DNA of 64,000 nucleotides from Macrostomum lignano (lineage: Eukaryota), in NCBI GenBank assembly GCA_002269645.1, contig NIVC01001178.1, forward strand, positions 124,001-188,000, given 5' to 3'. The notes under the pieces were generated by a model. That model searched no databases and was not told the origin of the DNA. It saw only the letters and a program-made list of their open reading frames with translations. Below are positions 34,962 through 49,290 of this stretch, one piece after another (position 1 is the stretch's first letter; each line of letters opens with the position of its first letter). The position numbers and the translations under genes were made by a program.

Positions 34962-36433
34962 GGAGTACGAGATCTGCTAGCAGAAAATCTGCTAGCCGAA
35001 GTTTGCTAGCGAGAAATTTGCTTGCCGAAATCTGCTAGCCGAAATGTGCTAGCCGAAATGTGCTAGCCGAAATGTGCTAGCCGAAGTTTGCTAGCCGAAA
35101 TCTGCTAGCCGAAATCTGCTAGCCGAAATGTGCTAGCCGAAGTTTGCTAGCCGAAATGTGCTAGCCGAAGTTTGCTAGCCGAAATGTGCTAGCCGAAGTT
35201 TGCTAGCCGAAATGTGCTAGCCGAAATCTGCTAGCCGAAATGTGCTAGCCGAAATCTGCTAGCCGAAATGTGCTAGCCGAAATCTGCTAGCCGAAATGTG
35301 CTAGCCGAAGTTTGCTAGCCGAAATGTGCTAGCCGAAATCTGCTAGCCGAAATGTGCTAGCCGAAGTTTGCTAGCCGAAATGTGCTAGCCGAAATCTGCT
35401 AGCCGAAATGTGCTAGCCGAAATGTGCTAGCCGAAGTTTGCTAGCCGAAATGTGCTAGCCGAAGTTTGCTAGCCGAAATGTGCTAGCCGAAATCTGCTAG
35501 CCGAAATGTGCTAGCCGAAATCTGCTAGCCGAAATCTGCTAGCCGAAATGTGCTAGCCGAAATGTGCTAGCCGAAGTTTGCTAGCCGAAATGTGCTAGCC
35601 GAAATCCGCTAGCCGAAATGTGCTAGCCGAAGTTTGCTAGCCGAAATGTGCTAGCCGAAGTTTGCTAGCCGAAATGTGCTAGCCGAAATGTGCTAGCCGA
35701 AATGTGCTAGCCGAAGTTTGCTAGCCGAAATGTGCTAGCCGAAATCTGCTAGCCGAAATGTGCTAGCCGAAATGTGCTAGCCGAAATGTGCTAGCCGAAA
35801 TGTGCTAGCCGAAATGTGCTAGCCGAAACCTGCTAGCCGAAGTTTGCTAGCAGGAATTTTGCTAGCAAGGATTTTGCTAGCTGCCTTGCTCTCGTAGCTG
35901 TTGCATGTTATTTGCTGTGTTTTGATTCCGATTTGAGCTGCTTTGATTCGTACGAGTAAATATACAACTTATATACCATATACGGCCACTACCAGCCATT
36001 AATTTCTGATTTAGTAATTTTTAATTGCATTATATTACGATACAACAATGCAGGCTGCAATTATTATTATATATTGCAATTTGCAGATCACTGCTAATAA
36101 GCACGACAAAGAGAGTCATTAGAGCGAAAAACGCAAATTTATTTGTCATGCATGATAAGTCCTGCAAAGTTTCTTGCGAAATTGAACAAGAAAAAATGTC
36201 TCTAGCAAATTACAACTTCGTAAATTGCTGTTCGCCGGTTTTGGTTAGATTATCGCTAACAGATTTCGGCTAGCAAAATCCTCGCTAGCAAAATTCCTGC
36301 TAGCAAACTTCGGCTAGCAGATTTCCTGCTAGCGGATTTCGGCTAGCACATTTCGGCTAGCGGATTTCGGCTAGCACATTTCGGCTAGCAAACTTCGGCT
36401 AGCAGATTTCCTGCTAGCAAATTTCATAGACCC
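34962..36433. mobile_element. Foldback/MULE-like non-autonomous element with 15-bp modular TIRs
   Basis: About 60 copies of GCTAGCCGAA(A/G)T(G/C/T)T in the left arm (34970-35880) and about 10 inverted copies in the right arm (36255-36420). GG..CC termini; 9-bp TSD GCTCTATTG at 34953-34961 and 36434-36442. Confidence 0.9.
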
Positions 36434-37556
36434 GCTCTATTGACGCCCCTCCGGCCCAAGCCCTCACGTCGTCACAGCCTCCCACTTAGAAGGGACGGGA
36501 GTGTACATTGTATGTACGATTATTCCTTCCTTTCCTTTCCTTTCCTTTCCTTTCCTTTCCTTTCTAACCAGCTTAACTCAGCCCAACGCCAAAGCCATGC
36601 AAGCAATCGCATGCAAATGCAAATTTTGCAAAGCGGTATGCAGCTTAATCGGATGAATTTTGGTGCAAAAAATGCGTTTTTTACCTGAAGAAAACATCGA
36701 ATGGTTATGAAACTGAAGAAATTTGTTACATTAACTGTCTGAAACACTGTGCATTGGTTTCAGTGCAAAATTCCTACCATTTCCCGGTTATTTAGCCCCG
36801 GAAGTAACAAAAGTGTCAAAAATCATGTTTTCAGTTTTTTATCGATAATTTTTTACCCAATGAACCGAATCTCTAGAAATTGCACACAAATGTGCCTCGT
36901 TATGTGGGAAATCAGGCGTCATAAAAACATTGCCGTCCTATTGCGTTTTTTGCCTGATGTTGCAGACACTTAAAAACTTGGTTGATTTTAGCCAGACATA
37001 AGGACGACTCGTTGCGGTATCCGCCTTTGATCTACCATTCTTTTAAAATTTTATTCATCCATTTTTCGGGCACCCAATCAGCCAAAAATCACGAATTATC
37101 GATTTCTGATCGATTTTTCAACCCGAAAGCAGCGAAATCAGATGGCGGCAGTTCAAACCAATATAGTACAGCAACTACATAAGCTATGGAAATTCGAAGT
37201 CGGATTATTCGCACCATGGTCTCAAAATTATAATGAGCAATAATGCGAAACTCATGTGATTTTTTGAAAATCGATTCTTGTCGATTTTCTCAGCACTGCA
37301 GAATCGTAGGAAAACAAAACTCTAGACACTTGTAGATATTTGCATTGCACATCTAAAAGCACTGCTTTGAAGCCCAAACTCAAAAAGCTTCGTAGGAAAA
37401 AGGGGCGAAATAATAAAATAAGGGTCATTTCTTTACCCAAAAAACCCACCAAAACTGCATAAAGATGCAGAAATAAATCAAAGCGCCATATACCATTTTG
37501 TAGGAAATTTAATTCGACAACTTTGATCTTCAGATGTCGAAGCCGTATCTCGTAAG

Positions 37557-38868
37557 TAGGGGTGTTCGGGTCGGCCATTTTTTTCGGGGTTCGGGGTTTA
37601 CCCCGAACCCGGTACCCCTACCCCGAACCCCGAACCCCGTCCCGAACATTTCTTCCAACCCCGAACCCGGTACCAAAACCCGACCCGACCCGAACGTAAC
37701 CCCGAACATTTCACGCTTATTTTGGTCAATCATTTTAATAAATTCAATTTTCAGTTTTCAATTTTTCAGTTTTCAGTTTTGAATTTCAGTTTTAAATTCA
37801 GTTTTATATATTGAGATGTGCCTTAACAGCTTCAACCACATAGCCTTGTGGTTTTATTTCCCTTAGCTACTCTACAACTAGGAAAAGAAATATGAAACAC
37901 TTCTTGCAATGGGATTGGGATTGGGATGGAAGGAATACCAAGACCCAAGATCTAATAGTAAGATACATGAAAGTTCACAACTAAAATCAGGACCATTTCG
38001 TACCTATACTTACAACGAAATTGCTTTCATAGTAATATTACATCTATTAGTTTATTTAGGCTGCAAAAATAGAGTACAATAAAATTAGATTATACCCTGT
38101 AGTGTAGATATCAGTAGAGATAGAACTAGAGCGATAAAGAGATAGCACAGATAAAGCAATGATGCAATGAAACAGGAGAGTTAATCACAAATATATATTT
38201 ATTTTTACTTTTGACTACAGTTAACAGTAAGTCAGTAGTGGTATAACAGAATTGCTATGTAAAAACTAAAGTGACGTCTTTACATAAAATTGTATGCTGA
38301 TATGAGTAGGTAATCATTGTGATAATTGATTATTGGCGACTGATGCGTGGAGAATAATAGTGTATTTATAAATTTTAAGCTTCCTCATCCAATCCAGAAG
38401 TTCAGACCATGTTACACGTAGCACATGTAAAATTATTACTGAACGTAATTTTTTAAATCATCAACTGCAAGACTGAATGGGTCGAAAAACGACAATCGTT
38501 ATTTACCAGAAAGTGTAAATGAATCCATGGTTCTATCTGCTATTTCCGTTTCAAATTGTATGTAAAATATAAATTAAGTTGTACCTGAAACTCAATGCAT
38601 ATCTTTCGCATTGTGGATTTTGCATAAGGAGTAAAAAGTGCTTGAAAATACTCTTGAGAATGATAATTGTTCAAAATCCCGAAACCCCCGAAAACCCGGT
38701 GGCCAAACCCGACCCGAACCCCGAACCCTGTACTCCTACCCCGAACCCCGAACCCTGTACCCCTACCCCGAACCCCGAACCCGACCCGGAACACCTACCC
38801 CGAACCCCGAACCCGGTACCAAAACCCGACCCGAAACCCGACCCGACCCCGAACCCCGAACACCCCTA
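37557..38868. mobile_element. Non-autonomous hAT element
   Basis: TIRs TAGGGGTGTTCGGG / CCCGAACACCCCTA; CCCGAA subterminal repeats; 8-bp TSD CTCGTAAG at 37549-37556 and 38869-38876. Confidence 0.92.
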
Positions 38869-39149
38869 CTCGTAAGGTGTACCAGAATTTTGAGATCTCC
38901 TAGAAGCACTTTTGAAAAAATCGTCTTTCAAGTTAATTTAAGGCTTAGTTAAAAAATCTCTGCACTTGAAAGTAAATTTCATTCGATAGATCTAAAAGTT
39001 TTCTATCGATCGACAACTCACTCAACTCAATCAGTGCAGTGGTTGCAAAACAGAAGCATTTTTGGCGAAAAAACGTGAAGTTTTTTTCTTCGGCCGCCAT
39101 GGGTAGAAATTATTCACTCGCCCTCGGCCCTAGCGGGGCCTCGGGTTCT

Positions 39150-41010
39150 CTCGCTCGTTCACTGGCGGAACTAGCAGCTTATTCAGCAGCTCGCCGCCAA
39201 TGTCCGTCCAGCCTCGACACCAGTTGCATCAACGCCTGCATCAGATGCTCATGATCCGTCCGGGCTCATCCGCTCCACTGTTCTCAAAAAGGTCCGTCTC
39301 CCGACACTCGACGGCACCGACCGTGCTGCATTTTCTGGGTTCTGGGACGCCTTCATCTACCGCGTCGATCAATCCAGCCTCAACGACGTCGTTCGAGGCA
39401 CTCCGCGGTCTCCTATCCGGCCGCGCCCGCAGGAAGCTGGGCGCCCTCAATGCCTACCAACCCAACGCCTACGCTGAGGCCTGCCGCGTCCACCAGGCTA
39501 ACTACGCCGACGCCCAGGAGCAGAAAAACACCTGCTTCCAACGCCTCCTCGGACTATGCTGCAGCTCTGCCTCCGACGTAGACGAGCTCGAGACCTACAC
39601 CGACGCCCTCCGACTCGCTACCGGCCAGCTCTCCCACCTTGGCGAGCTCACCTGCACCCTCGACGGCTACGTCTACGCACTCTGGAGCCGCCTCTGGATC
39701 GAGCTGCAGAACGAGATCCGCAACGGGCAGCCTCTCATGCAACTATAAAACAGCTCCACAGCCACCTCGACTGCAAGCTGAAGACGCTCAGAGCCGCTTC
39801 CACTACCCCGCCGGCTGCGCCCTTCGCTTCCGCCATCCTTCTGGGCAACGCCAGTTCCCAGCCGCCATAAGCCCGCAGCACCGGCAATCGCTTATCGTCA
39901 GGCGCCGATCGACCTGATCCCGCTCCTCGCGCCGACATTACATCTCGCCCAGCCACGCAGTTTAGTTCTACTGCCAGCCAAGAGCCAAAGAGTTCTTGTC
40001 CCTGCAGCAACGCCAGTCAGCTTATCGGCCCTAACGTACCCGCCCAAGCTCTTCGACCGACTCTCACAGCCTGCCCGACACCCTCCAGGGCCATCCTCGA
40101 CGGCTCCCTCGACACCACAGCCTCTCGTCTCAATGGCTTCCTCGGCTCCTCGCAAGTGGTCATTGCGAACACTTTCCTTAACAACGACAACCTTCACCTC
40201 GACCAACGCATGTCCAACCTCGAAGCTCTCGGCACAGCAAAGGATGCTGAAAGGCCTGACCCCAGGAACGACAGACCCCAGGAGCGCCTGCCCGACTCCA
40301 TCACGCGCGATACTGACGGTCGAATCTCCGTCGACCTGCCATTCGAGCCTGGTGCCGAGCTCCTACCTTCCAACTTTGGCCAGGCCTTTGGTCGTGCTCA
40401 AGCCACCCACCGCCGCCTCAGCCTTCCCGAGCGCGAGGCCTTCTTACGCCGAGTTTGAGAAGCGCAAGCAAGAAGGTGTCCAGGAACGAGTCAGCCCTGG
40501 CCAGGTAGCTGGCCCAGTCATCCAGATTCTGCCGCACTTCCCAGTCACCAAGGAAAGCTCGAACACCACAAAAATTCGCCCCGTTGTCGACGCATCAGCA
40601 AAGACCTTTCTTGCCGGCGCTACGCTCTATGATTTTCTAGAGCCTGGACCAAACCTGCTGACTCTCTACTCCGAGTCCTTTTAGTCCATCGCGCCCACCG
40701 CTTCGCCATCTCGTCCGACTTCCAAGCTGCGTTCTATCAGATCGGGTCAATGAACGCCATCGAGACGCTCTCCGTATCATTCTCCCAAGAGCCATCTCTA
40801 AATGCTCATCGACGGCAACTTCGAGCTCTGGCGCTTCACTCGCATCGTCATGGACGCCTCTCCCAGCCCGTGGATTCTCCTGTCGGTCCTCCACAAGATC
40901 TGCTTGGACGCAATTAACTCTGGAGATTTTGACCTCACCCGACACGAGCTCGAGTGCATTATCGGCGGCCTCTACGTCGACAACCTCGTCATCGGCGCTG
41001 ACACCAAGAA
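39150..41010 (+). mobile_element. BEL/Pao LTR retrotransposon fragment (gag DUF1759-like to RT), degenerate
   Basis: VRLPTLDG...FWDAF.../FEALRGLLSGRA; DGRISVDLPF...LPSNFGQAFGR; ILPHFPVTKESSNTTKIRPVVDASAK...LYDFLEPGPNLL; RFTRIVMDASPSPWIL; LYVDNLVIG. Many frameshifts; truncated after RT. Confidence 0.9.
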
Positions 41011-41514
41011 ATATGCTTCCCGTCTCGTCTGCCGGCCCGCTTGCCGGCCCGTCTGCCGGACCGCTTACCAGCCCGTCTGTTGGCCCGCCTGCCGCCTCGG
41101 CTTCCGGCGCGGAATTATTGTTACACCTGACTAAACATTTTACCGCTTCCACGAACTAAACTCAATGCGCAAATACTCGCTATCTAATCATTCCACTGTT
41201 TTTACCGTTCAAAATCCCCTCTATACATCGTTACCTTTTGGCCCCCTGAGCCTGTTGGATTTCTATCCTCTGAATATTTTTACTTTCTGTTTTGCAATTC
41301 AGCCTTGTGCTTTTCAGTTAGCCGACTCCCTTCGTCTACCATGCTCTTCCCCACAGACAATCTCAATCTTTAATTCACCATAGATAATTCAGCTAACATG
41401 TTTATTATTGTTAGTATAAATACAACTTCAACCCGCGGCTTAGGCCCTTCTTCTTTTCTGCCCCGCTATTCACTTACAGCTCGTATTTTTAGTTTATTCG
41501 ACAATTGCATATCT

Positions 41515-44500
41515 GCGTCAGTAAATCTGATGAAGATTGCTGAGCTTTAGAGGCCAGGCCTCATCCTGATCCAGGAACCCTGGATGCGCAGCGGTAAGTT
41601 GCCCAACATTCCTTCTGGCTACTCTGATTTTTGTGTGTGGCCCGGGGAACAGCCGCCCTAGAGCGGCTATCCTCGCTGCCAGCCATCTCCAGGCTTGGCT
41701 GAGGACTGATCTCTCTGATGGAGACCTCTGTGTCATCCAATCTAATCATCTCTCTCCGCGGACGTGTCTCGTTGCTTCGATTTATATTCCAGGCGACAGA
41801 GGCCCTGCACCTGAGAGTCCACTGCGCCTTGCGCAATACTGTGAGTCCCAGAACGCTGAGCTGTGCTTAGGGGCGACCTCAACGCACACCATAAGCACTG
41901 GGGCAGCGAAGACACCAATACTAAAGGGGAGGAGCATCTGGCCCTCATCTCTAACACAAACCTCATGCTCTGCAACCGCGGTAGCACTCCTACCTTTAAC
42001 AATGGCAGATGGAATGAGGTCTTCGATGCCACACTCGTTACCCAAGACTCTTTGACAGAGTTGAGGAGTATAGAGTCTGGTCTGAGGAGCCCTCCCTGTC
42101 TGACCACTGCTTTATCGTCTTTAGCATTGCGGACACTAAGCCCAGTCCTCGATCAATTGGAGGCGTAATATCCGCAACACCGATTGGGCGGCCTATAAGG
42201 CTACCCTTGATCTGCACCTGCAGGAACTCACGGACTTACGTCCGATTGAGACCTGCGAGGATGTGGACCATACGCTGAGACGCTGACAGGTTGCATTATT
42301 GCAGCCTATGAAGCGGCCTGCCCTGTCCGTGCCTACAAAGGCACGACCTCGGCGCCGTGGTGGAACCCGGAGCTGGGGAAACACAGGCGGAAGCCCAAAA
42401 GCCTTCACCGCCGTGCCATGAAGACGGGAAACCCGGAGGACATGGAGCTTTTCCGGCAAGCCTCCCGCAACTTCAAATCTGAAGTGCGCAAGGCCAAGGA
42501 ATGTAAATGGCGCCAGTTCTGCAATGAGTCTGATCAAGACAGACCTTACTTTTAGGCTTGTCAAGGCCCTTACAATGGACAAATGTCCAAATTAGCTATG
42601 ATCAGAAAAGATGATGGCTCTCTTACTGAAAACCCTGAAGAAGTGCTTCAACATATGCTCAGCACATTCTTCCCGAGGGTACCCACTGCTAGATCGGAAC
42701 CAACCATTCGATGGATGGAGCCACCCTAGCGACGGGCATTATCACTGAAGACTTGATCGCTCGCAAAACCTTCAAGCCTTTCAAATCTCATGGACCTGAT
42801 GGTATCTACCCTGTTCTTCTTTGTGAAGCAGCTAAGATACCCTCGTTCTTGAGACTTACCCGCAATCTCATGCGGGCCTCTATCCAGCTGGGGGGATACG
42901 TTCCCAAGTGCTGGCCCGAAGCTCGGGTAGTCTTCATTCCCAAACCTTGGAAGGGTGACTACAAGAGCGTCAAGGCACTCAGGCCAATTAGCTTAACATC
43001 AGCAATGCTTAAGCTCACTGAGAGGCGGCTGCATGGTTTCATGCGAGCTGACAGCGATGCCCCTCAGCAATAATCAGTACGCCTTCCGTACCGGGAGGTC
43101 GACTGATAGCACCCTGCATGCGATAGTCGAGAAGATTAAACGGGCGGTACTGGGTGACGGACGACGGTTACGCCCTGGCTCTTTTTCTCGACATTGTTGG
43201 CGCCTTCGACAACGTCATTTTTGAAGCGTTTCAGAGGGCCCTTCAAAATCGCAAAGCTCATGCTACTCTCATACGGTGGATCATGTACGTGATGTCCACC
43301 CGTATGGTCACTGCCCAACTCCTAGGGCAAACTGCCTCCGCCAGAGTCTGTAAGGGTGGACCCCAAGGCGGAGTCCTCACCAAGACGCTCTTCTGGAGAG
43401 CAGTCATGGACGCTCTTCTGGGCGACTCCCGACCTGATTCCGTCTTCAAAGTCGGGTATGCTGACGATGTCACTGGCATTGTGGCAGGGCCGTCCCCAGC
43501 ACGCTCAGGGATCTGATGCAGAGCTCTATCCGCAAAACAGAATTCTGGGCCAATGACAATTGTTTGGAACTCTCTGAGCCCAAAACTGTTGCTATTATAT
43601 TCACCAGCAGAATACGCTGGAACATACGACCTCTACAGTTATACGGCAGAGATATTGCCTTCGCGCACCAGACCAGATGTCTCGGGGTCATACTTGACCA
43701 CCGGCTCAACTGGTCCTTCCACGTGAAAGCAAAAGTCAGGCGTGCCTCAGCCATTCTGGCCCAGCTCCGACAAGTATTTGGCACTTTTTGGGGTCTATCC
43801 CCAAACGGCTTTGGTGGGTCTATACTTCCGTAGTTAGACCTGCCATTACGGCTTCTATTGTCTGGGTTAGCGCTACCCAGGTCAAAAGCCATGCAGATTT
43901 GCTCAACACGATCGAGGGCAGAGCGTGTTGGCTTATCTGCAACGCCACCAGGTCCACGCCCTTTGCCGGCATGGAGGCCTTCCTTAATCTACCGCCTCTT
44001 GACCTCTTCGTCAGGGGTGAGGCGGCTAGAACGACGCGGCGTTTACTTGATGCCGGTGTCAAATTCCTTTACATGAGGGCACCTGCTAAGCGGAACCTCG
44101 TCCCGCATAGCGACCTGTGCCTCAACATTCTCAACGAGTGTCAGGCCAATCGCGTCTTCACCGATGGCATTGCCTCAACGCTCAACCTGAGACAACGCTA
44201 CTCCGTAGCTATCGACTCGCGCGAAACCATCAATGACCACTAGAACCCTGGTGAGCTTCACTGCTACACCGATGGTTCTAAGCAGTCAGCCAACACCGGT
44301 TTGGTGTTGGAATCTTCCTGAACGGGAGGGTTATCGCAACCCACGCTCAGTACACTGGGGTCAACTCTAGTGTCTTCCAAAATGAAGTTCTTGCCATCAG
44401 CTCCTGCACCGCAGAGCTCCTCGCCACTGGCGTTACCTGTGAGAACATCATTTTCCATTCGGACAGCCAAGCTGCCTTGCACGCCATCAGTGGCTGTAGT

Positions 44501-45265
44501 ACCGATTCTGCTACAGTCCTCGACTGTATCAAACTCCTCAACATGTTGCGCTCCACCAACAAAATCACCCTTAAGTGGGTTCCGGGGCATGTGGGGATCC
44601 GAGGAAATGAGTTGACTGACGCCCTAGCGAAAGTTGGTATCTCCGGCTCCTCTCTCGTGCCTGAACCCATTGTCCCGATCCCCGGCTGCGTCATCGTCTC
44701 GCGCATCAAAACGTGGATCAGAACTCAGCACCACTCGACTTATGCGAAATGCACTACCTGCAGGCAATCAAGAGCGCTGTCCCTCACTCAGCCCTCTCAC
44801 CAGCTCCGGAAGCTCATCTTGCGCCTCTCCGTAGAGACATTCGGGCTGCCACCATGACCCTCTCAGGCCACGGCTGCTTCTCCAGGCACCAGTACCTGCA
44901 GGGCAACTCCATCTGCAGTTTTTGCAACTCAGGTGACGAAACCGCTGAGCACTTCGTCAGCATCTGTCCCGACTTTACGGAGCCAGACTCACTTACCTCG
45001 GGCCACATACATCTATTACTGAAGCGTGCAAACCCAAAAAACTTTAATCAGCTCATGCGCTACCTCCGGGCCACCCGCAGGGCTGAACTCTCCTTTCCAG
45101 AGAGCACCATAGCTGCTGGCGACACAGGGGGACCTCCCTGGGCGGCGTCAACCCTCCGTTCATAGCGATGCGTCGGCTGTTCAGGGATTGCGGAATGGGC
45201 GTCCGCGCCTTCCCGCTGTGTCCCTCTCCGGGGCAGCCCTGCAGCTAAGTCAGTTAAGTCAAGTT
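41515..45265 (+). mobile_element. Non-LTR retrotransposon, LOA/R1-like ORF2 (APE endonuclease, RT, RNase H), 5'-truncated and degenerate
   Basis: LIQEPW; GDLNAHH..WGS..TN.KG; PFKSHGPDG; VVFIPK...RPISLTS; QYAFR.GRST; FLDIVGAFD; GGPQGGVL; YADD; YTDGS; SDSQAAL; WVPGHVGIRGNE; CSFCNSGDETAEHFVSICP; 3' end TAAGTCAGTTAAGTCAAGT. Confidence 0.93.
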
Positions 45266-45682
45266 CTTGAATGATCAAATAACCAATTTTTAACGCTCTC
45301 CCAAAGACAAGCCAATTACTTGGAATGCTTTGAAACCCTCTTTTGCATGAACAATTAAAGTGTTCAAATCTTTTCAAAATACCCGTTTTTTGCTCTCGCA
45401 ACTCGAAAGCATTAAAATTTTAATGAGGATGGCATGCGCGGCTAGATTTACGGAATGACTGAATATAGTGCTTCATTACTATAACGAGCTTAATTTACTA
45501 AACATTCAAAGTTCAACTTATGATCGCAGACAGTAAATTATTTGTACTTTAGCCTAAGAAGTCATGTCACACTTTCAGTCATGTTGCTTTTTACGCTCAC
45601 ACTATCAAACCGCTAGAGAGTAGTTTTGCTAACCAAAGTCTGGAAGCCGAATATGCTAAATGTATTGTAATTAGCTCACCTA

Positions 45683-45850
45683 TCTATGATCCTCGGCCCG
45701 GATCACGTGGCCCTCCAGTTGAAGTCGCCGCCGGCGCTGGATGATGGACGGGCGCTGCAGCTTGGCCCAATCGTACAGGGCCTCGGTCATGACGCTCTCG
45801 TCAGCTCGAAAGGCCTCACGGAGCAGCCTGAGTGCGTCAAATTCAACTGA
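45683..45850 (-). pseudogene. RTE-clade LINE 3' fragment
   Basis: LRLLREAF...MTEALYDWAKLQRPSIIQRRRRLQLEGHVIRAE ('N..LY...L...S..IR.RRL.LAGH..R'). Confidence 0.65.
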
Positions 45851-47936
45851 CGCTCTAGCTGTAGGTTGTGAGCTAGCTGGACGAGAATGATGCGACACTC
45901 CAGGGGGGCCTTCAGAGTTCGGGAGCTCATCGTGCTCACCTGGTATGAGATTGGCCTCGTGGTCCCCGGTGCCACTCGGCACCTGTCTGGAACGGCATTT
46001 CCACCGCAAACGTGTCATAGCTTTCTTCATGCCGCTGTATAATTCGACGTCAGAAAAATGCACACACTGCAGTACTACATGTATACCCCTACAATCCCAT
46101 CCTTGTGAATGCATGGCTCCGCGATGTCCAAGTCGATTTTCAGCATTTGACTCCGTCTTTCCGCTGGTAGGCGCATTTGCACAGCCACAGCTGCCGTGTC
46201 CGTTAGAGACTAGATTGCGTCGAATTGTAACACGTATGGATGCCAATTGCCTGCACAGCAGCACTTTTGGAGCACTCCATGCCAGTCTGCTGGTTAATTG
46301 CACGAAGTGTTAAGTTGCTCCATGGCACATTTAGCATGGCTATACTAGCAGAAATATCCGCCACAAGTTGTTCCAGTCCTTGATTTAAGTATTCCTTAAG
46401 TAAGATCTTGAATATTCCTGGATTTAGTCGTTACATGTAGATCATTGACATGCAATACCACCACCTTAACTTTTTTGCACAGCTGCGAATGGATGGCATC
46501 AAAATGAGTATTTTAATTTTAGAAATTTTCACGATAAATTATTTATTCTAAATTTTTGTACGAGGTAAATATACTAAATCTCTAAGGTTTGTATGTTTGT
46601 CCATAACGCTCTAGAACTCGCATTTCTTGACCATAATACACTAAATATAGTAGGAATACTGATCGGATCGGTCACTACTGTGCCACCAGCGCAAGGCCCT
46701 GCAAATTGTCTGTTTATGATTAGGCCTACTGTTACTGATAGACGATTGGCCGATTGAATTGGTTGAACTGACTCACGCATTTAGCCGATTTAGGTTACCT
46801 ACCAATCTCACTATCCAAGCGGAAGTGGCCAAGCCCAGGCCTCGGCCCAGGGTGTAGGCCTAGTGTAGTGGCATAACAATATTTTTTCGCCAGATAATTG
46901 GTTCTCTACAGTCTGTGGTCTGCACTCACTCTTGTCTCTGTTCTCTCTAGGCCCCTAACTCAGATTGTTTTTTAATCTTGATGCTGCAAAGTTTTTTTGC
47001 TAGGCCCCTAGGCCCTGGTCAGTAGCGGATCCAGAAAATTTTGGGTGATGGTCATTTCGTCAACTGGCGTTTCGTCAACTCGGTTGACGAAGTGACCAAA
47101 GTGTTGGGGCGACTTTACTGGTGGTTGACGAAGTGACCAATGCCTAGGTCCTTCCCATTTGCTTTTTGACGAAGTGACTAAAATTTTCATTATATGAATG
47201 ATAGGCCTAACGTATGTAGCTGATACAGCTGCATATCTTGTATAGCTTACAATTATTGTTATATCGATGACTTGTTTTATTGTTTGCCTTATTTTTTAAA
47301 AACAAAAATTTTTGCAATTAAAAAATTGCAATACCAGACTGCATGTCCACTAGGTTAAATGTTTCGATGCAAATATTCTATGCAAATGCGTCACCCCATG
47401 CGCACTCATACCCATATGCGTCCGCGGGCATTAATGAATATTGAGTATTTGTGTGTTATGCGACCATACACGCGACTACATAACATGGGTATTTCTCCTA
47501 TCAAAACGCGTCGAGGACTGCTATAAAGTCCCCTATATATGGAGCCGTGAAAATTGGTGGACTGCGTGCGCCTAATTCCCACCCCTCCACCCCGATGTGC
47601 ACAGTCAACCGAAGCCCCGCAGCGAATCTTGATATCCGGGTAATGCTCTTGATCGTAGTGTATAATTACGCACGATTCACGCGCGCTCATCGATTGATCA
47701 TGCCGTACATGTATTAAGGTATTTCACTCCCTGTCATGCTTAACACTAAAATGTACAATGCACTGTAAGAAGGCACAAGCAGACACGAGCAGACAGACGC
47801 AAAGGCACAGGCAGACGCGCAAACCGATCGGCGATATTGGGTGCAGTACCACAGCGGCGTGCTCTTGATTCGTGCTTTCCTGCTCATGCAGCTGCACAAG
47901 CCTTGGCCATGTGCCTAAGCCTAGTGCTTTTACGTG

Positions 47937-48504
47937 TAGGGTCAGCAAACTTTTTACCTCAAGGGCCAGATTGAGAACCTAGCGCAAATGACTGCCCTTC
48001 TGGGTCCGCTTCGCTGGGCCCCTAAGCAAAATGCGCCCAGGAGTCCCTGATGATTGCAAGCCAAAGGAGGGAGAGAGGATAGGGAATAGAGAAGAGAAAT
48101 ACGAGCTGGCGTACTCGTAGAAGAAAGGAGAGGCGAAGGAATAAGGATAAGAGAGTATTACGATCGAGAGGAGAGATGAAATAGGAGAGGATCGATTGAG
48201 AGGAGAGGAGAGACGAAATAGAGAAGAGAGGAGAGGAGAGGATTGAGAGAGGAGGGAGGGGAGAAGAGAATGGAGAAGAAAAGGAATAAGAGAGGAGAGA
48301 GGTGATAGAGATGAGAGGAAAGGAGAGAGGAGAGGAGAGGACAGGTGAGAGAGAAGAGAGAGGTGAGAAAAGAGAGCTGAAAAAGATCGAGACACAAAAA
48401 TTGAGCAGTCCGGATTTCTATTGTGAAGATTCAAAGGACCCGAGGGCCGGGTAGAGACTTTGCGGGCCACATGTGGCCCGCGAACTGGAGTTTGACGACC
48501 CCTG
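47937..48504. mobile_element. hAT/Charlie-like MITE carrying a GA-rich tract
   Basis: TAGGGTCAGCAAACT ... AGTTTGACGACCCCTG termini with the GCGGGCCACATGTGGCCCGC palindrome. No TSD found. Confidence 0.7.
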
Positions 48505-49084
48505 TTTTAGCTATTTAGCCCTTCTCCTTTGGGGCCTCTGATCGAAATTTCGAGTCTGCCGCAATCCCAAGACTTAATTAAACCGCTGCGGGCGCTGCAA
48601 CCAAAATCACTAAAATGCCGTCAGCTAAAAGAATAGACAGCGCCAAGAGATCCAGAAAATTACTGGTCTTGCGCTTGAAATTTTCATTCATTTGAGATAT
48701 CTATGACTATACTAAATAAATTAGTCAAAGACCACTAGGAAGTCACTTAAGCGCAGTCCTTGAAATGAGTGCAGTACAGTTGCGCAATGTTTGAATTAGT
48801 TGAAAATTTGAGCATTTTCAGCTAGACTTTCGGCTACTTCAACACAGAATTGAATATTGGCCTGGTTATGTCATAATGCCACAAACTAACAGCAGGAGTT
48901 TGGGTGCCCTTAGATTAGAAGAAATTATGTGCAATGTGCCCTCCCATCATTAGCCCCCCACACTCTGAAATATGTTCCGACACTACTGGCTTGAGCTACA
49001 GTACATTTACATGTTAGTCTGGGGAGTCCTGCAGTCCGAGGCCAGCTTAATATACAGCTGACCGCTAGAGGGCAGCGTTGTTCC

Positions 49085-49290
49085 AGGCGAGGCTGTGATC
49101 GAGACCGTCCTGCTGTATACTGTCAAGACCTGGACGCTGATGAAGTCGCTCGAGCAACAATTGTTGACGCGGCGCACGCTGGCCTGCTGCGCGCCGCCTT
49201 CAAGATCGCCTACGCGAGTGACCAACGCGGCTTTTGTATCACCTCGCCGACCTGTTCCGTCCAATTCGACCTGCTGCGCAGTCACATGGC
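49085..49290 (+). pseudogene. RTE-clade LINE fragment
   Basis: ETVLLYTVKTWTLMKSLEQQL / DAAHAGLLRAAFKI ('ES.LLYG.ETWTLT..LE..LD..H..LLR'). Confidence 0.7.

Noticed and set aside
37530-38952. Pro-rich PEP/PNP ORFs
   Set aside because: Translations of the CCCGAA subterminal repeats of the hAT element.
39150-45265. Idea that the many frameshifts are long-read assembly errors hiding intact elements
   Set aside because: The two host genes in the same window are frameshift-free, and the TEs also carry in-frame stops and truncations, so real decay is the simpler explanation.
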